From Spirochaetia bacterium (GTDB lineage: Bacteria; Spirochaetota; Spirochaetia; SZUA-6; Bin103), in assembly GCA_965199955.1 (NCBI GenBank), contig CBDATQ010000001.1, positions 1,152,001-1,216,000 on the forward strand: a stretch of 64,000 bases of DNA, read 5' to 3'. Position 1 is the first letter of the stretch. Each line of letters begins with the position of its first letter. Position numbers and translations under genes: made by a program. Positions 1-9,923 of the stretch are shown piece after piece. The notes under the pieces were generated by a model that had not been told where the DNA came from, did no database searches, and saw nothing but the letters and a program-made list of their open reading frames with translations.

Positions 1-578
1 CGCAGAAGCGCAACCCGGACTTGCTGGAGCTGGTGCGGGCCAAGGCCGCGTTCGTCGACGGTCAGGCAGCGACCATCCGGGCTATCGCGCAGCACCTGCC
101 GAGCGGCTATCACCGCGACCTTCAGCAAACCAAGGGCCCGTTCCTGGACGCGCTGGAGGAGGCGGCGGGCTGCGTCACGGTGATGCGGCTGGCCGTTTCG
201 CGGCTGACGGTCGACGAGCGCCGGCTGCGGGACGGCTGTACGCCGGAGTTGCTGGCGACCGACCGCGCCTACGAGCTGGTCGTGCAGGGCATTCCGTTCC
301 GTGATGCCTACCGTCAGGTCGGCGCAGAGCTGCGCGAGGCGGGCGAAGGCCCTCCCCTTCGGGACGCAGCCGCCCTCGCCGCCGCACTCGCCAAGGACTA
401 TCCCGGCGCACCGGGCAATCTGGCGCTGGACGACGCTCGGGGGGAACTGCTGAAACTGCGCAGCGCCGAGAATGACGACCGTTCGGCCGTGACCCGCGCG
501 TTGGTGCGGCTGGCCGGGCCGGCGGCGGAGCGGCTGACGGATTCCGGGCGAGCCGGCGCCGGCAGGGAAGGTGCCTGA
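1..578 (+). CDS. argH: Argininosuccinate lyase, C-terminal part (runs off window start)
   Basis: Frame 3 reads QKRNPDLLELVR (fumarase/ASL signature), then LPSGYHRDLQ, LATD and GIPFRDAY. Confidence 0.9.
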   Translation, partial: QKRNPDLLELVRAKAAFVDGQAATIRAIAQHLPSGYHRDLQQTKGPFLDALEEAAGCVTVMRLAVSRLTVDERRLRDGCTPELLATDRAYELVVQGIPFRDAYRQVGAELREAGEGPPLRDAAALAAALAKDYPGAPGNLALDDARGELLKLRSAENDDRSAVTRALVRLAGPAAERLTDSGRAGAGREGA

Positions 579-1708
579 TGGGTGCCGAGCGTGTGTTGCT
601 GGTCGGCTGTGAGTTGACACGCGACGGGGACGGGTGGCCGCTGGACGCGTCGCTCGCCGAGCTGGGGCAGTTGGCGCGGACGGCCGGGCTGGCGATCGCC
701 GGCCGGGAACGTCAGCGGCTGCCGCGGCCGAACCCGGCGACCTACATCGGCTCCGGCAAGGCGGCGCAGATCGCGGAGCTCGCTTCCAGCCTTGGCGTCG
801 ATGTGGTGCTCTTCGACGACGAGTTGGCGCCGAACCAGCAGCGCAACCTGGAGCAGATCCTCGGTGAAGAGGTCAAGGTGGTCGACCGGTCGGCGCTCAT
901 CCTGGACGTGTTCGCCTCCCATGCCCGATCCCATGAAGGCAAGATCCAGGTGGAGTTGGCGCAGCTCGAGTACCGCCTGCCGCGGCTGACCCGCATGTGG
1001 ACCCACCTGGCGCGCCAGGCCGGAGGCCGTTCGGCCGGCAACGCCGGTGTCGGGGTGCGAGGCCCGGGTGAGACTCAGCTCGAGGTGGACCGGCGCCGCG
1101 TCCGGCACCGTATCAGCCGGCTGCGCAAGGATCTGCAGGGCATCTCCGCCGCCCGTTCCGGCCACCGTGAACGACGGCGGCGCAGCCGGGTCCCGGTGGC
1201 GGCCCTGGTCGGCTACGCCAACGCCGGCAAGAGCACCCTGATGAACGCGCTCACCGGCGCCGGGGTGCGGGCCGAGAACCGCCTGTTCGCGACCTTGGAC
1301 CCGACCACGCGCCGCGTCCAGGTGAACGACGTGCCGCTGCTGCTGACCGATACGGTGGGCTTCGTGCAGAAGTTGCCCGCCAACTTGGTGGCCGCGTTCC
1401 GCGCGACGCTCGAGGAGGTGGTGGAGGCCGATCTGCTGATCCACGTGGTCGACGCACGCCACCCGATGGCGCGCGAGCAGGCGGCCGAGGTGATGCGCGT
1501 GCTGCGGGAGCTCGGCGCCGCCGACCGCCCCACGGTGACCGTGCTCAACAAGGTCGATCGGGTGGAGGACGGCATGCCGCTGCCCGACGTCATGGAGCCG
1601 GGCGAGTCGGCGCGGGCCATCCCCTTGAGCGCGCTGCACAAGCAGGGGTTCGACGAGCTGCGCGCCACGCTGGCGCAAGCGGCGCGGGCTCGGGACGGGC
1701 GGCGGTGA
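578..1708 (+). CDS. hflX: Ribosome-splitting GTPase HflX
   Basis: YIGSGK, QQRNLE, RGPGETQLEVDRR, G1 GYANAGKS, LFATLDPT, DTVGF, NKVD. Confidence 0.95.
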   Translation: MGAERVLLVGCELTRDGDGWPLDASLAELGQLARTAGLAIAGRERQRLPRPNPATYIGSGKAAQIAELASSLGVDVVLFDDELAPNQQRNLEQILGEEVKVVDRSALILDVFASHARSHEGKIQVELAQLEYRLPRLTRMWTHLARQAGGRSAGNAGVGVRGPGETQLEVDRRRVRHRISRLRKDLQGISAARSGHRERRRRSRVPVAALVGYANAGKSTLMNALTGAGVRAENRLFATLDPTTRRVQVNDVPLLLTDTVGFVQKLPANLVAAFRATLEEVVEADLLIHVVDARHPMAREQAAEVMRVLRELGAADRPTVTVLNKVDRVEDGMPLPDVMEPGESARAIPLSALHKQGFDELRATLAQAARARDGRR

Positions 1709-2415
1709 GCGGCGAGCGCATCCTGGTGATCGAGGACTCCGCCTCCGTGGCTCGTGGCCTGGAGTACGGATTGGGCAAGGAGGACTTCACGGTGCGCTGC
1801 GCCCGCGACGGCGCCGGCGGCCTGGAGTTGTTCCGGACGTGGAACCCGCGGCTGCTGATCCTGGACATCCGTCTGCCCGACATGAGCGGCTTCGACGTGT
1901 GCAGGACGATCCGGGGCGAAGGCCGGCGTGAACCGATCCTGATGCTCACCGCGCGTGACGAAGAGATGGACAAGGTGCTCGGCCTGGAGCTCGGCGCCGA
2001 CGACTACGTGGTCAAGCCATACCAGCTCCGCGAGCTCGTCTCGCGCGTGCGCGCCCTGTTGCGGCGTGCCTACGGCGGGCTGGCCGCGTCCGCCGGCAGC
2101 GAGCGCATCAGCTTCGGCGACCTGGTGATCGATCCCGACCTCATGGCGGTGGAGCGGGGCGGCCGGCGGGTGAACCTGACGCCGACCGAGTTCCGGCTGC
2201 TGCGCTACCTGGCGGAACGGCCTGAGCGGCTGCTCAGCCGCGCGCAGATCATCGAGGCGGTGTGGGGGTACACCGCCGACATCGGCTACGACCGCACCGT
2301 CGACGTGCACGTGCGCCGGCTGCGGGAGAAGATCGAGGACGATCCGGGCTCGCCGCGCTGGATTCAGACCGTGCGCGGCTTCGGCTACCGCTTCGCGAGT
2401 GTTACAAAAACTTAA
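1705..2415 (+). CDS. OmpR/PhoB-family response regulator
   Basis: Receiver domain (ILVIED, LDIRLP, GADDYVVKP) plus winged helix (LTPTEF, TVDVHVRRLREK, TVRGFGY). Confidence 0.95.
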   Translation: MSGERILVIEDSASVARGLEYGLGKEDFTVRCARDGAGGLELFRTWNPRLLILDIRLPDMSGFDVCRTIRGEGRREPILMLTARDEEMDKVLGLELGADDYVVKPYQLRELVSRVRALLRRAYGGLAASAGSERISFGDLVIDPDLMAVERGGRRVNLTPTEFRLLRYLAERPERLLSRAQIIEAVWGYTADIGYDRTVDVHVRRLREKIEDDPGSPRWIQTVRGFGYRFASVTKT

Positions 2416-2487
2416 TTCTGCGGAAACAGGGTCGCAAACCGCAGCTTCGATCGTTATGCCAGCTTCAATCGCATGGAGGGAATTGCG

Positions 2488-3336
2488 ATGACGACGAGAC
2501 GGACGAAGGTACTGGCAATCGCGACGGCGGCGTTGCTGGCGGTCGGCCTGCCGCTGGCCGCGCAGGAGGGCGGTGAGGCCGAGGCGGCCATGGGCGTGAT
2601 CGTCACCCAGGTCGACCCCGACGGCCCGGCGGCGGCGGCCGGCATCGAGCGAGGCGACCTGATCCTGGGCATCGACGGTCAGGCTCTGGCAAGCGCGCGT
2701 GAGCTGGTGCAGGCGCTGGCCGATGCGGAAGGCTCCGAGGTGACACTGAGCATCAGGCACGGCGACGAGACGCGCGAACAGGTCGTGGTGATCGAGCGCA
2801 TCTGGGGACAGCCGCGCATCGGACTGGCGATCACCGGCGGTGCGGGCGCCAGCGTGGACCGGCTGCCGCGACGCGGCCTTCGCATGCCGATGGCTCCCGA
2901 ACGGCGCGGATTCCAGTTCCGCGTCGAGTCCGACACGCCGGGAGTGGTCGTGGTGGAGGTCGTCGACGAGAGTGCGGCTGCGAACGCGGGACTGGAACCC
3001 GGCGACTGGATCACCGCCGTCGGTGGCCAGGCGCTGGATGGATCTCCGGGTCAGCTCGTGGAGATCATCGGCGGCCACGAAGCCGGCGCCGAGGTGAGCA
3101 TCTACTACCAGCGCGACGGTGAGGAAATGACAGCGATGGTCACCCTGGAGGCAGACGCGGAGAGCGGGGCGGCCATGCTCGGCATCCGCTACCAGGCATT
3201 TCCGGCCCTGGAGGACATGCGCAGGATGTTCGACGACATGAGGCAGCGCTTCGAGCGGCGCGGGAGGTCCCGGGGCGATCACGACGACGCCGACAAGGAC
3301 ACCAGCGGCGACATGGACGCCGACAGCGCCCTGTAG
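2488..3336 (+). CDS. Exported tandem-PDZ protein with no protease domain
   Basis: GGAGGG SD, signal peptide ending PLAA-Q, two PDZ units (GPAAAAGIERGDLI; SAAANAGLEPGDWI). Confidence 0.8.
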   Translation: MTTRRTKVLAIATAALLAVGLPLAAQEGGEAEAAMGVIVTQVDPDGPAAAAGIERGDLILGIDGQALASARELVQALADAEGSEVTLSIRHGDETREQVVVIERIWGQPRIGLAITGGAGASVDRLPRRGLRMPMAPERRGFQFRVESDTPGVVVVEVVDESAAANAGLEPGDWITAVGGQALDGSPGQLVEIIGGHEAGAEVSIYYQRDGEEMTAMVTLEADAESGAAMLGIRYQAFPALEDMRRMFDDMRQRFERRGRSRGDHDDADKDTSGDMDADSAL

Positions 3337-3374
3337 CCCGGATTGGGTAGACCCGGTTCGGGCAAACCGATTCG

Positions 3375-4979
3375 GTGACCCGCGTGTTCGCGACGATCAG
3401 GTGGCGGCTGGTACTGAGCTTCGCCGTCATCTCGATCGTCGCGATCGCCGTCATGGGGGGCCTCTCCATGGCGGTCATCGGCAGGCTCGTGGAGCGTCGC
3501 GAGCGCGACATGCTGCAGGAGACCGCAGCGGTCATCGCGACCCAGAGCCTGCCGTACTTTTCTCCGATCGTGGACCAGCGACGCCTGCAGCACCTGGCAG
3601 AAACCTCGGCGCTCATGGGCGATGTCAGGGTCTGGATCCTGGACCGCTCACGGCGCGTGTGGGCCGACTCGGCCCGCATGAGCGACTATGAGCTGGTCTG
3701 GGCGTTCCCGGCGTTCGGCGACCTCGACCTGGGTTCGGCGGCCGTACTGCTGCTGATGGAGCGCTCACGCCTGTCCGCGCTGGAGCAGTGGCGTGAGGAT
3801 ATGTATCGGCGGTTCGGTCTGGAGTCCCACGCGCGCGGCATGCGCGTGAGGCGTGACCTGCTGGGCAATCGCCTGACCCTCGACCGGCAAGCAGCTTCCG
3901 CCCGCGCGGCGCTGGTGGAGCCCGAGGCCGAGATCGAACCTGCGGTGACCGTGCCGATCGGCGATCCCGCGCGGCCCTTCGGCTACGTGCAGATCGGCTC
4001 GGGCCGGGGCGTGCTGCAAGAGGTCCGGCGCGGTCTGCGCGACACCTTCGTGGCGGCTGGCGTGGCGACCACGGTCCTGGCGGCCCTGATCGGGCTGGTG
4101 GTCGGGCGTCGCATGACCGCTCCGATCTCGTCGCTGACTTCGTCTGCCCGGCGCATGGGCGACGGCGACCTCGGTGTCCGCGCTCCGGAGCGCGGCAAGG
4201 GCGAGATGCGCGAGCTGGCCGTCGCCTTCAACGCGATGGCTTCCCGGCTCGGCACGACCATCGAGGAGTTGCGCCGGGAGCGCGACGTGCTGCGCCGCTT
4301 CGTGGGCGACGCCTCGCACGAGCTGCGCACACCGCTGACCGCACTGCGGACGTTCACAGAGCTGATGAAGAAGCACCCGGATGACGAGCAGATGCGCGGC
4401 GAGTTCCTCCCGGAGTGTCTGCGACAGATCGAACGCATGGAGTGGATCACCACCAATGTGCTCGATATCGCGCGCCTTGAAGGCGGGGTGGCCGGCCTGG
4501 AGCGGCGCCCCCTGCAGTTGACCGATGCTGCCAGGAACGCGATCGCGTTGCTGCGCGCCCGTGCCGAGTCACGCTCGGTGCAGGTGGAGCTGATCGAGCG
4601 CGGACGCACCACGATCGAAGGCGATCAGCGCTCGCTGGAGGCTGCGATCGGCAACCTGGTGCAGAACGCGATCGACTGGACCGCCCTGGGCACCACGGTG
4701 ACCGTGGACATCCACGAGCGCGGCGACACGGTGCACCTGTCCGTGACCGACCGCGGACCGGGGATCTCCGAGGAGGATTTGCCGCACATTTTCGAGCGGT
4801 TCTATCGCAGCGAGCACGCTCCGGAAGGCGGCAGCGGGCTGGGGCTGGCCATCGTGCGGGCGCACGTCGAGGCGCACGGCGGAAGCGTACGGGCGGAGAA
4901 CCACGACAGCGGAGCCCGCTTTATCATCGGGCTGCCGCGTCAACCCGGTCCCAAAGCCGGCGGTGACAAGGGCTGCTGA
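3375..4979 (+). CDS. Membrane sensor histidine kinase (HAMP-HisKA-HATPase)
   Basis: Two TM segments, HAMP, ASHELRTPL H-box, NLVQNA, DRGPG, GSGLGL. Confidence 0.95.
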   Translation: MTRVFATIRWRLVLSFAVISIVAIAVMGGLSMAVIGRLVERRERDMLQETAAVIATQSLPYFSPIVDQRRLQHLAETSALMGDVRVWILDRSRRVWADSARMSDYELVWAFPAFGDLDLGSAAVLLLMERSRLSALEQWREDMYRRFGLESHARGMRVRRDLLGNRLTLDRQAASARAALVEPEAEIEPAVTVPIGDPARPFGYVQIGSGRGVLQEVRRGLRDTFVAAGVATTVLAALIGLVVGRRMTAPISSLTSSARRMGDGDLGVRAPERGKGEMRELAVAFNAMASRLGTTIEELRRERDVLRRFVGDASHELRTPLTALRTFTELMKKHPDDEQMRGEFLPECLRQIERMEWITTNVLDIARLEGGVAGLERRPLQLTDAARNAIALLRARAESRSVQVELIERGRTTIEGDQRSLEAAIGNLVQNAIDWTALGTTVTVDIHERGDTVHLSVTDRGPGISEEDLPHIFERFYRSEHAPEGGSGLGLAIVRAHVEAHGGSVRAENHDSGARFIIGLPRQPGPKAGGDKGC

Positions 4980-4993
4980 CGGCGACGGGACGG

Positions 4994-6127
4994 TCAGGCC
5001 TGCGACCGGCGAGCCGCCCGCTCCTTCATGCGGCGCATCTCCGCGGTCAGCGAGACCTGGCGGCCCCGATGACGACGTGCCGGCTCTTCCAGCCACGTGC
5101 CATGGTTGTCGCGCAGCACCGGCAGGCGCTGCGCCACCGGCGGCGGCTGAACGGCCGCGGCGGGCTCGGCCGCGTACCAGTAGGCGGTGGAGGACATCTC
5201 GTTGGCCAGGTGGTTGCCGTGCCCGTGCTCGATGGTGACCTTGATCTCCTTGCGGAAGCGCACCGGGTTCTCCAGGTGCAGCACGTAGCTGGTCTGGTAG
5301 CCGCCGGTATTCCTCTCGTAAACCGATGAACCGTTGCGGAGAAAGGCGTTGTCCTGCATCCCCCACGCTTGGTTGAGGTAGTCCTCGCTGCCGGTGCCGT
5401 GCAGGTCCGGCGGCCAGCGGTAGCCGTCCACCCAGATCATGTCGTCCCCTTCGCCCCACCAGGTGCCCTGGAAGTTGGTCACCGACAGGTTGCAGCCTAG
5501 GTAGTGGCCGCGGCCGCGTGTGTCCAGGATGACGTAGTTGTTCTCCCAGGCCGTGCGGGCGCGATTGACGACGTTGGACTCCGGCGTGTTGACGGTGATC
5601 TCGTGCCCCCAGCCGCCGAACGGATTGGCGCGCCGGAACTCGGCGTGGAAGTACCCGGCGTCCTCGCGCGGTTCCGGCAGCCCCTCGTAGTCGACGTAGA
5701 AGTACTGCAGGTGCTCGTCGGAGCTCTCGTTGACCAGCTCCACCAAGGCGCGCCTGCGGAACGGCATCGGCACGTAGCAGTTGAGCGCGCAGCCTTGGTC
5801 GAAGCGGTTGTCGTGATTGGTCGACGCGGTGAACAGCGCCGACTGGAAGCTCGAGACGATGCCGTGGCCCAGGCAGAAGAAGTCGCCGAGCGGCGCCACC
5901 GCGCTGGCGTACGGCGCGTCGTCCCAAGTAATCCGCAGCAGGCACTCGCGGTAGTGATTGCGCTGGGTGAACCACAGGTGCGTGATCACCCCCGGACCCT
6001 CGAGGTCCGCCAGGACCCGGGTCTCCCCGGGTCCGATGAGCCAGCGGTCCTGATTGCGGCCGGTCGTGTCCCACGACGAGCAGCGGCCGGTGCGTCCGTC
6101 GGTCAGGGTGGCGATGTCGTCGTACAT
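4994..6127 (-). CDS. DUF2961 / glycoside hydrolase family 172 protein
   Basis: SSWDTTGRNQD, GPGVITHLW, WWGEGDD, HGTGSEDY, IEHGH. Start placed at ATG 6127. Confidence 0.85.
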   Translation of the reverse strand: MYDDIATLTDGRTGRCSSWDTTGRNQDRWLIGPGETRVLADLEGPGVITHLWFTQRNHYRECLLRITWDDAPYASAVAPLGDFFCLGHGIVSSFQSALFTASTNHDNRFDQGCALNCYVPMPFRRRALVELVNESSDEHLQYFYVDYEGLPEPREDAGYFHAEFRRANPFGGWGHEITVNTPESNVVNRARTAWENNYVILDTRGRGHYLGCNLSVTNFQGTWWGEGDDMIWVDGYRWPPDLHGTGSEDYLNQAWGMQDNAFLRNGSSVYERNTGGYQTSYVLHLENPVRFRKEIKVTIEHGHGNHLANEMSSTAYWYAAEPAAAVQPPPVAQRLPVLRDNHGTWLEEPARRHRGRQVSLTAEMRRMKERAARRSQA

Positions 6128-6162
6128 GCCGCCTACTCTAACGCAGCCCCGCATCCCGATCG

Positions 6163-6882
6163 TCAGGTCCAGATGCCGGCGGCGGCCAGCTCCGCGGTCG
6201 CCTGTTCGGCCCAGCCGGCGTTGGCGCGCGGGCTGGCCGGACTTGGATGGAGCACACGGATCACCCGCTGCTCGTCGGCAAGGGCGCCGCGGGCCCTGCG
6301 CTCGGCGTAGGCGCCGAGGGCGACCACCCACCGGGGCCGCAGCGCCGCCACCGCTTCCCGCAGGTGGTGGTCGCAGGCGGCCAGCAGCGCGCGAATCGCC
6401 GGTCCGTGCAGCTTGTCGGGGGTGATGTTGCGGCCGGTGTCGCCGAGGAAGGCGAGCGGGCAGTAGTTGAGCACGAAGTGCTCGGCGAAGAAGCGGTCGG
6501 GCGTGCCGAAGCGATCGGCGAACAGGCCCCAGAGACGGGACCCCGAGACCTCGATCTTCGTGCAGGCCAAGCCGAGCACCGGCCGTGCCGGGTGCTGGCG
6601 TTCCGGCGGCTCCACGCTGTCGGCGATGGCGAGCCAGTCGGTCACCGTCCGCACGTCGCCGAAGGGGATCCCCGTCTGCACCATCCCGAACGGGCCGGGA
6701 TTCATGCCCAGGAACAAGGCGCGGATATTCTCTTTCGCGTAGGCGGTGATGTACCGCCGGTATGCGGCTCCCGCATATCGCAGCGGGTTGTAGACGCACG
6801 CGACGGGGGGACCGAACGCGCCCTGCTCGCCTGCGATGGCCAGCGACCGGGAAGCGGTAAGGAGCGCGTCGACGACACTCAC
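6163..6882 (-). CDS. SMUG1-type (family 3) uracil-DNA glycosylase
   Basis: YNPL, GMNPGPFGMVQTGIPFG, EVSGSRLW, NYCPL, HPSPASP. Confidence 0.9.
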   Translation of the reverse strand: MSVVDALLTASRSLAIAGEQGAFGPPVACVYNPLRYAGAAYRRYITAYAKENIRALFLGMNPGPFGMVQTGIPFGDVRTVTDWLAIADSVEPPERQHPARPVLGLACTKIEVSGSRLWGLFADRFGTPDRFFAEHFVLNYCPLAFLGDTGRNITPDKLHGPAIRALLAACDHHLREAVAALRPRWVVALGAYAERRARGALADEQRVIRVLHPSPASPRANAGWAEQATAELAAAGIWT

Positions 6883-7205
6883 AGAGCCGACGAGTCCCAG
6901 GACTTCACCGTTCGTCTGCGCGCTCCGCGGCGATCAGGCGGCTCGCGCTCACCCCGTCGGGAAGGCACGGGGCTTGGCATCGCCGCGAGTTCATCGAGCT
7001 CGCACGGCGACTCCGGCGGATCCGCGATTCCTCGACCGATGAGGTCGGCGACAGCCGCGTCATCGTCCAGTTCCGAGGTGCGATATGGCTCGATGCGAGC
7101 TACCGGAGTCCCTCGATGCATGATCAACACCACCTCGCCGCGTCCCACCTCGGCGAGCAGGCCGCTCAGGCCGTTCTTGGCTTCCGTCACGCCGACCTTT
7201 CTCAT
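6879..7205 (-). pseudogene. Degraded type II TA pair: frameshifted Phd/YefM antitoxin reading into a 9-codon PIN/VapC remnant
   Basis: VTEAKNGLSGLL..V..GE.V.I..RGTPVARI. An alternative frame holds the natural end SASRLIAAERADER*, overlapping GTG-AAG-TCC-TGG-GAC-TCG-TCG-GCT-CTG-TGA. Confidence 0.7.
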
Positions 7206-7299
7206 CTGGCCTATCTAGCCTGATCGATCGGTCCGTTCAACCCCGATGCGATCTGCGTCGCGTCTGACGGACACCTCGGCATCGGGGTATCGTCCGCCC

Positions 7300-7818
7300 G
7301 TGACCCTGCGCGAGCTGATCGCCGCGGCCGACTCGCTGCGCGTGCCGCTGCTGGTCGGCTTCGCTGCCGTCGTGATCGTCACGGCGCTGATCGGTGCGCT
7401 GCACGGCAAGGGCCGGGGTGGACGCGCGCCGTGGCGCTACCTCTACGCCGTGCTGGTTTATGCCGCCTGCGTGCCGGGCACCTTCGCCGCCGTCCTGGTG
7501 CTCTACTCCCTGTTCTTCTCCGGGGAGGATCTGCTCGACGTCAACGTGGTCATCTACTTGGTGCCGATCGCGGCGATGGTGGCGACCCTGGGTGTCATGC
7601 GGCGCAACGTCGACTTCGACAACGTGCCGGGCTTCAACCGGCTGACCGGGCTCATGACCATGCTGGTCGTCGCCTTCGTGGTGGCGTTCGTGTTGCAGCG
7701 CCTGCGCGTGTGGCTGTTCTTCGGCGCGCCGATGATCTGGTTCTTCGTGCTGGTCGCCGCCGTGTTCGCGCTGTTCAAGTGGGGAGGGCGGCTGCTGTTC
7801 GGCCGGCGGCGCTCGTGA
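7300..7818 (+). CDS. Hypothetical polytopic membrane protein
   Basis: About 5 hydrophobic segments, GC3-rich codon use, GTG start preceded by TATCGT. Confidence 0.7.
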   Translation: MTLRELIAAADSLRVPLLVGFAAVVIVTALIGALHGKGRGGRAPWRYLYAVLVYAACVPGTFAAVLVLYSLFFSGEDLLDVNVVIYLVPIAAMVATLGVMRRNVDFDNVPGFNRLTGLMTMLVVAFVVAFVLQRLRVWLFFGAPMIWFFVLVAAVFALFKWGGRLLFGRRRS

Positions 7819-9145
7819 CGGCGACGCCGTCGAGGGCCGTGGCCGCCAGGGCGCCGCTACCAGGAAGGGGCGGGCCGCTGACGCGCACGTCCAGGAAGCC
7901 GCGCGTCAGAGCGGCGTCGCCGCACGGCGCCTCGATCGGCACATAGCACTCTCCGTACCCGCGCGCGATCCCGTCCTCGACCGATTCGACCAGCAGCCGC
8001 TGCCGGGCGCCGGACAGGTTCCGCAGGTAGGCGTGGCGGTTGGCGGCGGCCAGCCGGCGCACCACGGCGCTGCGGCGCTGCTTGGCCCGGTCGTCCAACT
8101 GCCCGGCCATGCGGGCGGCGCGGGTGCCTTCGCGCTTCGCGAACCGGAAGGTGTGGCAGTGGGTGAAGGCGAGGTCCTTCACGGCGCGGCACGTGTCTTC
8201 GAAGTCCTCGTCGGTCTCGCCCGGGAATCCCACGAGGATGTCGGAGGTGGCGTTCAGGTCGCATCGGATGCGGCGCGCGCGATCGAGCAACCGCTCGAAC
8301 GTCCGCAGGTCGTAGAGCCGGCGCATGGCCAGCAGCACGCGGTCGGAGCCTGACTGCAGGCACAGGTGCAGGTGCGGGCAGAGGCGGTCGTCGGCAAGCA
8401 GGTCGATCGCCGGCTCGACCTGCAGGTCCGGCTCCAGCGAGGACAGCCGCACGCGGAAGTCGCCGGGCAACGCCAGCACCGCCTCGAGCATCGCCGCGAA
8501 GCCCGTTGGGCCGTCCTGGTACCGGCCCAAGTTCACGCCGGTGATGACGATCTCGTGGAAGCCGTCGTCGATGATGGCGCGCGCCTCGTCGAGGATCGCC
8601 GCGAGCGGCCGGCTCACCGCGCGGCCTCGCACGAAGGGGATGATGCAGAAGCTGCAGCGATTGTCGCAGCCGTCCTGGACCTTGAGAAAGCGCCGTGCGC
8701 GCGCGGCGTGCTCGCCGCCGCCGTACGCGAACGGGCCGGCCGGGAGCGCGGACGCCGCGGCGATCTCGCCGGCAAGATGGGCGTCGACCAGGGCGGCGAT
8801 GCCGGCCTTGTGCTCGTTGTCGACCACGTAGTCCACTCCCGGCAGGTCGGCGACGGTCGCCCGCTGGCCGGTCGCCATGCAGCCGGTGGCCACGACCAGC
8901 GGCTGCCGGCCGTCGCGCGGGCCGCCGGCGCGTCCGGCCCGGTACAGTGCATTGCGCGACTTGCGGTCGGCCTGATCCGTCACGGTGCAACTGTTGACGA
9001 CCACCACGTCGGCCGCCTCCCCCGGTTCGACCACGCGATAGCCGCGCTCGGCGAAGTCCGCCTTGAGGGCGTCGCTCTCGTAGGCGTTGAGGCGGCAGCC
9101 CAGCGTTTCGACCGACACGCGCCCGGGGCGCCTCGCTGCGTTCAT
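7775..9145 (-). CDS. mtaB: tRNA t6A37 methylthiotransferase MtaB (radical SAM)
   Basis: TLGCRLNAYES, NSCTVT, KVQDGCDNRCSFCIIP, LQSGSD, VGFPGET. Confidence 0.88.
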   Translation of the reverse strand: MNAARRPGRVSVETLGCRLNAYESDALKADFAERGYRVVEPGEAADVVVVNSCTVTDQADRKSRNALYRAGRAGGPRDGRQPLVVATGCMATGQRATVADLPGVDYVVDNEHKAGIAALVDAHLAGEIAAASALPAGPFAYGGGEHAARARRFLKVQDGCDNRCSFCIIPFVRGRAVSRPLAAILDEARAIIDDGFHEIVITGVNLGRYQDGPTGFAAMLEAVLALPGDFRVRLSSLEPDLQVEPAIDLLADDRLCPHLHLCLQSGSDRVLLAMRRLYDLRTFERLLDRARRIRCDLNATSDILVGFPGETDEDFEDTCRAVKDLAFTHCHTFRFAKREGTRAARMAGQLDDRAKQRRSAVVRRLAAANRHAYLRNLSGARQRLLVESVEDGIARGYGECYVPIEAPCGDAALTRGFLDVRVSGPPLPGSGALAATALDGVAVTSAAGRTAAALPT

Positions 9146-9825
9146 CAGGATTGCCCCTCGTCGATCCCCAGCAGCAGGAGATCGAAAATCAGCGTGACGT
9201 TGGGACCCACGAACGGCTGTCTGCCCCGTTCGCCGTAGGCCTGCCCGGGCGGGATGGTCACCTCCCAGCGGGACTCGGGGCCCATCAGCGTCAGCACCTC
9301 GACCAGCCCCGGGATGAGGTCGCCGACCCGCACCGTCTCGGTCTCTCCGTTCTCGAACAGGTCCAGGATCGGCTGTCCGCCGGGAGTGCTCACGCGGTAC
9401 TGGAGAATCGCCCGCTGATCAAGGCGTGGGGGTGTGCCCGTCCCGGACGAAACCACCCGGTACTGCACGCCGCTTTCGAGCTCCGTGACGTCCGGATCGC
9501 CCCGGTTCTCGCTCCGCAGCGCCTCGCCGGCCGTAGCGTTCGCAACGCCTGAGCGGATGATCGACTGTGCGGCCTGCAGTTCCTCGTCCGCCTGCGATGG
9601 CCCGAACATGGCCGTGCCCGCCAGGGCGTCGCGGATGCCGCGTTCCACCCAGTCCAGGTCCAGGTCAAGCGGCTGCTCCGCCAGGCCGCTGCCGATCTTC
9701 AGCCCGACGCTGTAGCTGGAGCGGGCGCGCTGGTCGTCGGGAGGCCGTTGCGGTTCCGCGGGCGGTTGCCGGCAGGCGGCGCAGGCGACGATCAGGGCGG
9801 CCAGCGCGGCCGCGGCTCGTATCAT
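9145..9825 (-). CDS. FKBP-type peptidyl-prolyl isomerase (FkpA/Mip-like, probable lipoprotein)
   Basis: SYSVG dimerisation helix, LESGVQY, LIPG, IPPGQAYGERG, PNVTLIFD. Confidence 0.85.
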   Translation of the reverse strand: MIRAAAALAALIVACAACRQPPAEPQRPPDDQRARSSYSVGLKIGSGLAEQPLDLDLDWVERGIRDALAGTAMFGPSQADEELQAAQSIIRSGVANATAGEALRSENRGDPDVTELESGVQYRVVSSGTGTPPRLDQRAILQYRVSTPGGQPILDLFENGETETVRVGDLIPGLVEVLTLMGPESRWEVTIPPGQAYGERGRQPFVGPNVTLIFDLLLLGIDEGQS

Positions 9826-9923
9826 CGGAGCCGGAATCCTATCGGCACGACGGGTCAGCGGCCAGCCTCCGCACCGCCCGGGCTCATGTTGCCTGTTTCG
9901 GTGCTTTTCCCCAACCTGAAGCC

